Of a DNA stretch of 64,000 nt, positions 56,047 to 64,000 are shown one piece after another. The stretch is from the human T2T-CHM13v2.0 reference genome, Homo sapiens, in assembly GCF_009914755.1 (NCBI RefSeq), contig NC_060935.1; one strand, given 5' to 3'. Made by a program: the position numbers and the translations under genes. The stretch's first letter is position 1. Each line of letters starts with the position of its first letter. The notes beneath the pieces were generated by a model, which saw only the letters and a program-made list of their open reading frames with translations, had not been told where the DNA came from and made no database searches.

Positions 56047-57114
56047 CCACCTGAGTGAGAATGGGAACCTCCTCTCCCACTCCCTCCAATTCCCCTCCAC
56101 TACAGCTGGGGGAGGCTTCTAAAATGCCAAATATAGCCCAGTTTCTGCAACTTGCAGGGTCCCCAGCCCTCGGGAGAAAGTCCAAACCCCTGACAAAGCC
56201 TGTGAAGCCCCCTGAGGCCCTGTGGGTCTGGGGCTAGCTCTGGGCTGCAGCCCTGTCTCTGGTCATAGTCCAGCATCCACCACGGTCCAGGTGCACTGAG
56301 CTGCCGGCCCTCTCTCCCCTCCGCTGGCTCCTTCCTCCTGACTGCCCGTCTTTCCCTGGCCTCTCTATGCTTCCCGCTGGCATTGACGACAGTGTCCTGG
56401 AGAGCTGGGCAGGGAGGGCTGCCTTGGGTTCCTACTGTGTGCTCCACCTAGTGCTGGTCTTGGCCCTTAGCAAGTGCTCAGTACACCCGTGTGGAATTGG
56501 GCGGTGAGGGTAAAGGGAGGAGGAGGGAAGGGCCAAGAGCTCCCTGTGCTCAATGAAGAGAGGGACTTGAGCAAGTACTCATTTTTAGTACTTCCCAAGA
56601 TGTGTACAAGAGGCCTGGGGCCAGCAGAACTCCTTGCCCCTGCCCATCCCCCTCCAGTCTATGGGGTCCACCCCCAGCTGCCCAGCTGTGAGGCCTCCAT
56701 GGCTCAGCTCCTCATCTATTAAGTGAGGACAGCAGTCGTCCCCCTCACAGCGAGGCCACGTGGGTTACATAACTTTTTCTTAGGGTGCCTGGCCTGCAAG
56801 AAACCCCTAAGAATGTTCTATATTCCTAGGCCCACTGTTATTCTTAATATTACCCAGGAAAGGGTGGTGAAGCGAGTAAATAAATGAATAGGTGAATGAA
56901 TAAATGAATGAATGAATGGCACCCTAGCCCCACTGTCTTCTGGGTGGCTTCAGGATCCTTGAGGAGGTTGGCCGTGTAGGTTCCCCTCAGGTAGGACCTA
57001 GGTGAGCTGGGGAGTCTTAACTCACCCAGGGCAGGCCTTAAGGTTGGGCACACCCATGTGTGGGCTCTGCCCTGGCCTTAACCGAGAGAGGGAAATGTTG
57101 ACGGGGAAGAAAGC

Positions 57115-57292
57115 CCTGCCCACCAGGCAGCCCCACCCACCTGGGCTAGCCCCACCCCAAGGAGCCCCACCCACCTGGGCTAGCCCCACCCCCAAGAAGC
57201 CCCACCCACCTGGGCTAGCCCCACTCACAAGCAGCCCCACCCACCTGGGTTAGTCCCACCCACCAGGCAGCTCCGCCTACCTTGGCTATCCC
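57115..57292. repeat. ~35-bp GC-rich minisatellite (4 good copies plus degenerate flanks) at the MYEOV promoter
   Basis: Unit AGCCCCACCCACCTGGGCTAGCCCCAC... starts at 57129, 57163, 57198 and 57233. Confidence 0.9.
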
Positions 57293-57361
57293 CCTCTGAG
57301 TTCTTGCCTTGATTCTCCTGTTACTGTCCCGCAAACCCACATCCCTACAAAGCAGGAAAGT

Positions 57362-57430
57362 ATGCTTGGGAGAGGCCAAGTGAGTGGGGAATCAGCCCAA
57401 AGCCAGGCGTCCAGGGTCTCCCTCACCTGA
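57362..57430 (+). promoter_or_regulatory. MYEOV uORF1 (22 aa)
   Basis: ATG 57362 to TGA 57428-57430, MLGRGQVSGESAQSQASRVSLT*. Confidence 0.8.
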
Positions 57431-57467
57431 AGCTGACTTTTTCCCCACCTTGGACAGAGGGCGGGAG

Positions 57468-57647
57468 ATGCCATCCCCACTGAACCCAGTGCTTTCACCA
57501 GCCATATTAGCTCCCACTCACCCCCCGTCGTGGAAGCCTCGGCCGTCACACCTGCAGGGCCGGGGCGTGCATGGCCTCAGGGATGGCCTGTTCAGCTGCT
57601 GGGTGACTCGGGTCCAGGTGCCTCACCACCTGCTGAGCTCTGTGTGA
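57468..57647 (+). promoter_or_regulatory. MYEOV uORF2 (59 aa)
   Basis: ATG 57468 in context gagATGc; in frame with ORF-track entry 57384..57647. Confidence 0.8.
57571..57606 (+). promoter_or_regulatory. MYEOV uORF3/uORF4 (11 aa and nested 7 aa, shared stop)
   Basis: ATG 57571 and in-frame ATG 57583, TGA 57604-57606 (MASGMACSAAG*). Confidence 0.8.
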
Positions 57648-58399
57648 TTTCTGGACACTTCTGCTCGTTGCCTTTGGGCTCAGTGAAGAGTCTGGAGTTT
57701 ATCTGGAGTGAGGTGGCCGGTTCTTGGTGGGATCTGAGCAGGTAAGAAGCAGGGTCTTTCTTATGTTTTAAGGAAAGCCCTGTGGCTGCTGGGTGGGGGA
57801 CCAGCTGGAGGGGCAGGAGGGCAGCAGGTGACTCATTACAAGGCTGGGGCCATCATCCTGTGAGAGCTGGGCATGACCAGTGCAGGTCAGTGGGGTTGAG
57901 GGTACAGACCAGTGGGACCCACAGACGGCTCGGGAGTGACCAAGCCTCTGCTGAGCTGCCCAGGTCCCCTCTGGTGGACACCTCCTACCCGGAGCCCCCC
58001 AAGGTGGTGCCAAAGCTAGACCACCATACAGCCAGAGGCCTCCAGGCCCTACCCACGACAGCCCAGCTGGCTTCTGCCCAGCCACCGTCACACACAGAGG
58101 GCAGCCGTCCCCATGGTCCCTAGAGGCGGTTGAGGACCACTGTGCCTGGAGTCATCTGTGGCTATAAACCAGGAGGAGAAGGCTGCCCACCCCCTGCCCC
58201 AGAGATGGGGAGGCTGGGGCCACCCGGTGGATTTGGGCAGGTCCCAGCTTCCAGGATCATGAGGTGAAAACGTGAAGGGACCCTAGAGGCCATGGGGACC
58301 CAGGCACAGAGCGGCGGCCTCTCATCCTCCCCATGGTCAAGGAGGTCAGTGCCTTCCCGGGGTGGATTACGGATGGTAGTATCTTCCTTCTCCTCAGAG

Positions 58400-58830
58400 T
58401 CCATTCAGGAGCAGGAAAGTTCATCTCAGACCCTAAATCCAGCCACGTCATGCCACGCTTAACACCTCTAACAACTTCCCCTGGCACTTAGGACAGCGTC
58501 TGGCTCCTTCCCTCGGCTCATGGCCCTCAGAATCTGCGTCACATACACCCCAGCTCTCCCGATAGGTCTCTGCACTCGCTGTTGCCTCTGCCTGGAACAG
58601 TCTCCCTCCTGGTGTCATTGTCTCCGTGGTGTGTCCTTCCTGACCTTCCACCTCCACCAGGTGCCGACACTTCCCTGACCCCAGTAACCTCTTCTCTTGG
58701 GTGGGTGAATGCCACCTGCTGATGTCTGATTTATTCATCGGTTTTCTTGTCTGTAGTCTGTCCCCCTTGGGGACAGGGACTCGTTGCTCATGTTCACCCG
58801 GCAGGCTGGACACTTCGTGGAGGGCTCCAA
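58400..58830 (+). mobile_element. L2 3' fragment underlying MYEOV exon 2, intron 2 and the start of exon 3
   Basis: Diverged L2 3' motifs: tgcactcgctgttgcctctgcctggaa; ttccctgacc; cttgtctgt...ggacagggac...tgttcacc. Confidence 0.7.
58520..58660 (+). CDS. MYEOV: MYEOV coding exon A (aa 1-47 of the 313-aa form, MALRICVTYTPALPIGLCTRCCLCLEQSPSWCHCLRGVSFLTFHLHQ)
   Basis: ATG at 58520; 141 nt to a phase-0 GT donor; translation matches the MYEOV N-terminus as I recall it; joined to exon B gives 47+266=313 aa. Confidence 0.9.
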
Positions 58831-59557
58831 AGCCGGCAGATCCCGGGGCCGCCTCTGTCTCTCCCAGGCCCTGCGTGTTGCGGTGAGAGGAGCATTTGTG
58901 TCTCTGTGGTTTGCTGCTGGAGCTGGTGACCGGGAGAGAAACAAGGGAGACAAGGGTGCCCAGACAGGTGCGGGGCTCAGCCAGGAGGCAGAAGACGTGG
59001 ACGTGTCCCGGGCCAGGAGGGTCACAGATGCACCACAAGGCACTCTGTGTGGCACTGGGAACAGGAATTCTGGGAGTCAGTCTGCAAGGGTGGTGGGCGT
59101 TGCTCACCTGGGAGAAGCCTTTAGAGTGGGCGTTGAGCAGGCCATTAGCTCGTGCCCTGAGGAGGTGCATGGGCGGCATGGGCTCTCCATGGAAATTATG
59201 TGGGCGCGAATGGATGTGGCTCTGCGCTCACCTGGGCGAGGACTTCTGGCCGGTGCCGGGGCACTCTGCATGACCCTGGCAGAATCGAGCTGCCCTGACT
59301 ATGAAAGGGGAAGAAGAGCATGCCTGACCCTCCACCGGCACCCCACCCCTCACTGCTCCACCTGGGGCCTGCCTCTGCGGGTGGCTGGGTCCTGGCTGAC
59401 TGTTGTGACTGTTGAGGCCCTGGGGGGGTGGCGCATGGGAGTTAGGAGGACTGGCCAGGTGGGGCCCACTATGCACCCACCCCCAGTGTCAGGTGCTTCT
59501 CCTCTCCTCCTCCACCACCTCCTCCTCCTCCTCCTCATCATCATCCTCACTTGTTGA
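58757..59557 (+). CDS. MYEOV: MYEOV coding exon B (SVPLGDRDSLLMFTRQ...LLHHLLLLLLIIILTC*); internal ATG at 58790 gives a 255-aa form
   Basis: ORF-track entry 58784..59557 is recognisably MYEOV, including the Leu/Ile tail; 801 nt in frame from the AG acceptor to TGA. Whether the protein is made endogenously is debated. Confidence 0.93.
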   Translation, partial: SVPLGDRDSLLMFTRQAGHFVEGSKAGRSRGRLCLSQALRVAVRGAFVSLWFAAGAGDRERNKGDKGAQTGAGLSQEAEDVDVSRARRVTDAPQGTLCGTGNRNSGSQSARVVGVAHLGEAFRVGVEQAISSCPEEVHGRHGLSMEIMWARMDVALRSPGRGLLAGAGALCMTLAESSCPDYERGRRACLTLHRHPTPHCSTWGLPLRVAGSWLTVVTVEALGGWRMGVRRTGQVGPTMHPPPVSGASPLLLHHLLLLLLIIILTC

Positions 59558-59700
59558 GGACGTCCTGTGTGCCAAGTGGTTTATATGCCCAGCCTCATTT
59601 AATCCTCAGAATGACTCCATGAGGTAGCTACTAAAACCCCCCACTTAACAGATGAGGAAACTGAGGCCTAGAGAAGCTCAACAAGTTGCCTAAGTTCCAA
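59540..59700 (-). mobile_element. MIR (antisense) overlapping the MYEOV stop codon and proximal 3'UTR
   Basis: ctcatttaatcctca...acagatgaggaaactgaggc is the reverse complement of the MIR core. Confidence 0.8.
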
Positions 59701-60421
59701 GTTTCCTCTCCCAACTCTCCTACCCTCTCCTCTTCCTTCTCCTTTCTCCCATTCTTCCCTGCCTCTTCCCTAACTAGACAATTTTTTATTGAGTGTCTCC
59801 CAGGTGCAGGCATGAGCCAGGTGCTGGGAAAATCATGATAACCCAGCTCCTTCTGGTCATTTTCTCAGCTGGTTAGAGGCTGGGAGGACACGCAAGTTCA
59901 GCTCCAGCCGACTGGGGCATTGGTGGTAGCCCCTGGAGACATTGTGCAATGGGGCTACGAGGCTGCATCTGGCTCCAGGGAAGCGTGTTGCAATCCATGA
60001 GTGATGTCTGCCATGCGTACAGGCATGGAGAGTGAGGCGCCTGTACTGTCTTTCTGTAGACCCTAGACTGGTGGGGCCTCTGAAATGCATCCAGACACTG
60101 TGCTGGGTGTGTTGCATGGCCCTCCCAACCAATTCAGTATTTTTCTCCCCATTTTCCAGGGAGAAATCTAAGGCGTCAGAATGTAAGGTTCTTATTGGAA
60201 CCCAGGCTCCAGGGTCCCTGGTTTTCTGTGACATCATGCTGCAGGACCCTGTTTCTCTCTTTGCTTTGGCTGCTGGGGAGCTCAGAAGGGAGCTTTAGGC
60301 TTGCTCTCAGTCACCACATTAGCTCAGGGGTTTGGGCATTTTTGTCGCCGTCTCCTTTGGGCTCTGTCTCCTCCCTGCTGTGCTTCCTGAGGAGCAGGCC
60401 GGATGTAAGTTATCAACTATA

Positions 60422-60427
60422 AATAAA
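60422..60427 (+). terminator. MYEOV polyadenylation signal
   Basis: AATAAA followed by GT/T-rich downstream sequence (T-run at ~60471-60482). Confidence 0.8.
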
Positions 60428-60514
60428 ACCAAGACTTCCGTTCTGGCTCTCACTCTAGTTTCCTGGTGCATTTTTTTTTTTTAAAGTTCTTAATCAAGGG
60501 AGGGGATACTCCTA

Positions 60515-60840
60515 ACTGAAGATGACATCAGCATCAGCTGGCCCCGGGGGGCAGGCCCCCAGCCCCCAGGCCCGTGTGGGCCCTGAATGCCCCCATTATG
60601 AGGGGTAACCTCATTACACAAGACACGCTGCACGGCGGAATTTCAAATGGGGTTTTGTGGTTTCTGCCCTTTGCAGCCGAGCACACACAGGCAGCTGCGG
60701 CCGCCCGGCTTCCTCTCCCGCCGCAGCCCTGGCGCCTGGCCAGCTGGTGACCACCCCTTCTACCATGAGTCAGTTTCATTCTTAACTCTCTGACTCAGGT
60801 CCCTTTAAAGGGACAGCAGAATCCATTCATTCCAAGCAAG
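60515..60840. promoter_or_regulatory. Candidate enhancer just 3' of MYEOV
   Basis: Non-repeat, CpG-retaining block: TGACATCA 60523, RUNX TGTGGTT 60656, AP-1 TGAGTCA 60766 and TGACTCA 60791, TEAD-like CATTCC ~60828. Confidence 0.55.
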
Positions 60841-63800
60841 GGAGGAGAGGTGAAGAACCTGCCTGGGAGAGGAGTCAGGGGTCAAGAGGAAGCTTAGGGG
60901 TCCCAGGCAGGCGGCTGAGTGAGCAGCCCTGCCTCACTCCCCTACCCCAGACACCAAGGATGGAGGGGCTTTCCTGCCTGTTCCAAGGGAGACGGACCTG
61001 TGACTTCCCCAAAGCAGACCATCTGCAAGGCGGGAAACCCCGGTGTTCAGCAAGCTTCCTTTCTGTCTGGGCACAAGCCCTGCCCAAGCTCTGGGCTCAG
61101 AAGGTAATGGGGGCTTTGCAAGCCACCCCCAATGCCCCACGTGCACCACTTCCTTCTCATCCTTGGCCCCCTCATTCCTTGTACTTCCGTCGCAACAACC
61201 TCTGGAGTTCCTAGAACATCCTGAGCTGCTTCCCCCGGCTGCCTCCCTGCCACCTGGCATGCACGTCACTCCGCTCTTTGTGGTGGTCCCATCTCCTCCT
61301 TCCGAGCCCAGCTGCATGCCACCTCCTCCCACGTACATACTGCCAGTCCGTCATAGCAACCTATTTATCTCCATAGTAACACAAGGAACAACCCCAAACT
61401 CTATTCAACTTGCTCCCCATGTTAACGGCCCCCAGTGTGGACTGTCAGCTCCATGAAGGCAGGGCCCTACTTATCTCGTTCACAGCACAAGGCCGGGCAC
61501 ACAGTAGGTGCTCACTCAACATTCCTGGGATCAATGGGAAATGACTGTCGGGGAACCCTCTGCAGCCGTCCTTGTCGAGGGCCCCAGATGGGGTGTGGGT
61601 GGCCCCTCCCCATCCAGATGGTGTTGGAGGGGCTGGGGGCCAGGCATGGCGAGCAGGCCGAGGCTGCAGGTGGACATCCCTGGGACTGGAGCTGCTGGGG
61701 GCCAGGCTGCAGTTCCAGCCCAGGTCAGGTCTCATGTGAGGCCTCCGTGAAACAAGAATTTCTCTCTCCGTTTCCTTCTCCTGTCTGACTCACACTTTCG
61801 TTTTGAAGTTCCCCCTTTCTGCCAGTGCTTTGCCTGAGGTTACGGAGTGGTCAAGCGAGGCCAGCAGGGCGTGGAGACCAGGAGGAAGCTGGGCTGCAGT
61901 TTCATTCACAAAAACACGACCCGCCCGCTTCCTGTGTCCTGCCTGGGCTGCCCGGCCCGCAGCCCTACAGCCAGTTCACAGGGTGTTTGCAAGTTTGCAG
62001 GGGCCAGTGAGGGTGCTCCTGGGGTTTAAGAGGCTTGAGTTTGTCCACCCCACGGCCTCTGTCAGGACCCCCCCTTCCCGCCACTATGCTTCTGTCTCCC
62101 ACGGTGCCTCCCAGCTCACCCCCACAGGGGCCTGGCGCAGAGCCTCAAACTCAGGATTCTATAGGAGCTGAGGGTTGGGTCTGAGCACCTTGGCGCTTCC
62201 CCTGGCCCCACTGACCCATCCTTGTTTCAGCACAGAGCTGGGAGGCCCAGGGAGGATGGCCTCTGCTGACTGGTCCAGCTCCCTCTGTGGTTCCCACCTC
62301 TCAGTGTGGGGTGGATCCAAGGGGGAGGGAAGAGAAGGGGATGGGAAGAAAACGATGCCTGTTGGGGCACAGGCTCCTAAACCCAACCTCGTATCGCCTC
62401 CTGCGAGTAGCTTCCAGGTGTCCACAGGGAGCCCGGGGTCATGCTGGCATCATTCATTCTCCACGCATCAGATGATCCTGTGGCCCCTCAGTGCCAGGCC
62501 CCACTGGCCCTCTGCGCACATCAGTGACTCTGATGTTCTCCCCCACCGCATGCTGCCAATCTGATGGTGGAGACAGAACAGCAGTCCCGGATGGTAAGGA
62601 CGCCCAGTGCCAACCCCCCTTAGCAGGGGAGATGCAGAGGAGGGGGGCCACCCAATCTGGGCATCACAGAAGCCTCCCTGGAAGAGGGGGCATCCGAGCA
62701 GAGCCTGAAGGATGAGATACCAGCTAGGGGAAGGGACTGGCTGGGAGGAGAGGCAGGGAGGGGTCTCCAGGCAGAGAGACAGCATGTGCAAGGCTTGAGT
62801 GCAGGAGAGACCCTGGTGTGTCGGAGCTGGAGAGGAGTGTGTGGGGGGTCTGGGTGGTGTGGAGCGGGGATGGAGGCCAGGCCAGGGGGTCGGCCAGGCT
62901 GAGTGGCTTGGACATTTTACTGAGCACGGTGAGGAACCCCTGCAGGCTTGTGTGCTTGGCTGGCCCCGCCCGGCTGACCACAGCTTCGTGCAGCACAATG
63001 CACATGGCACTGTGTTGGGGTCTCCTATCCAGGGTCTCATTTCACCCTGGTGCTGCCCCTGTGAGGAGGCGTTGTCTCTCCTTCTGCAGTTGAGGAAACT
63101 GAGGCCTAAGAGGCAAGTTCTGTCCAAGGTCATGCAGTAGGTGCTCCCGGAGTCATCCGAATCGCAGTCCAGGGGTCTCTCGCCACCCTCCCTGACCCTC
63201 TGGCCATGGCTGCTGCGGGGATGAAACCATCACAGGGGCAAGGCACTTTGAAATGTGAAAGCTCTGTGGTGTCATGATGATAAAAACACAACAGGAAGAA
63301 CGCAACCCATTTTGGTTTTATGAGGCTGAGCTGCCCCTCTGGAACTCCCTCTTATCTGGGGATCTCAAGGCACTGGGAAGGTCCACAGACCACTCCTAGA
63401 AGCACTGGGAGGCAAGCTCAGGCCAGGCAGGAAGTGGCAGGCACTGCTCATTCTCTGCCGTCCCAGTCCTCCTCCCCTCAGAATCGACCCCTCTCCCCAA
63501 GCCAGCTGGTGCGAGAATGGGGAGCTCGGGTCCTCCCCATCCCCAGCAGGTGAGGAACAAAGACCAGCAGCAGCAGGAACGGGACTAAGGACTCCACCAT
63601 CCTGGAGACAGAGAGGGGTGGAGGCATTGGCAGTTCTGCCTGGTTTAGAGTTTTCTGGGTTCAGATCCTGTCTGTCCCTTGAGACTATGAGCTCCTGAAA
63701 GTCATGGACCATGCGTGTCTGAGTCACTGGGGCCTGCTGGGATGAGCACGGCTTGATGGCTGGAGAGGAGGGAGTAGGGTGTGGAAGGCTGAGGGTCAGG

Positions 63801-63849
63801 GGGAAGTCACAGGACTGGCTACCCTGTCAAGGCTTCCTAGGGTTTGTTT

Positions 63850-64000
63850 AATGAATAAGGAATTGATGGATGAATTATCCACTAACCGAAGGGTATGAAT
63901 TCCAGACAGATATGTGGAAGGATAAATGGATAAATGAATGTGTGGATGGTCTAAGGGAAGATGGATGAGTGGGTGGATGGATGAAGGGATGGGTGGATGG
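63850..64000. repeat. (TGGA/TGAA)n tract running off the window end
   Basis: Read directly; follows a sense L2 3' fragment (~63660-63740). Confidence 0.85.

Larger units (their letters stand above)
57325..60450 (+). other. MYEOV: MYEOV transcription unit: exon 1 ~57325-57741 (non-coding), exon 2 58492-58660, exon 3 58757-~60450
   Basis: Donor CAG|GTAAGA at 57741/57742, acceptor cacttAG|G at 58491/58492, donor CAG|GTGCCG at 58660/58661, acceptor ttttcttgtctgtAG at 58756, AATAAA at 60422. The TSS is not visible; it was back-calculated from my recollection of a ~445-nt 5'UTR. Confidence 0.85.

Noticed and set aside
58163-58168. TATAAA in MYEOV intron 1 as an alternative promoter bypassing the uORFs
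   Set aside because: A single hexamer with no other support, and several further ATGs lie between it and 58520.

Overview
Human genomic DNA. I recognise it as 11q13.3 because the spliced 313-aa MYEOV ORF can be reconstructed exactly at 58520-59557 on the + strand. The first ~57 kb is repeat-rich intergenic sequence: Alu, L1M, L2, MIR, MaLR LTRs (THE1, MLT1), hAT fossils and long (TCCA)n/(CAT)n tracts, with a few motif-dense non-repeat blocks that look like enhancers. The last ~7 kb holds MYEOV: a GC-rich promoter minisatellite, a non-coding exon 1 with four uORFs (22, 59, 11 and 7 aa), a first coding exon and 96-nt intron inside an L2 fossil, a C-terminal tail from a microsatellite with the stop codon at an antisense MIR end, a poly(A) signal, and an AP-1/RUNX-rich block just downstream. 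Almost all other ORF-track entries are chance or low-complexity ORFs. I see no prokaryotic-type system, CRISPR array or structural RNA gene. The best candidates for undescribed structure are: a ~315-bp inverted templated insertion into an L1MC; a ~124-bp non-repeat module duplicated into two different L2 positions, one copy carrying a palindromic AP-1 site; a possible dual-specificity splice site in MYEOV; and a ~70-bp minisatellite with a higher-order dimer and repeated TGCATG. Repeat subfamily calls and identities are by eye.
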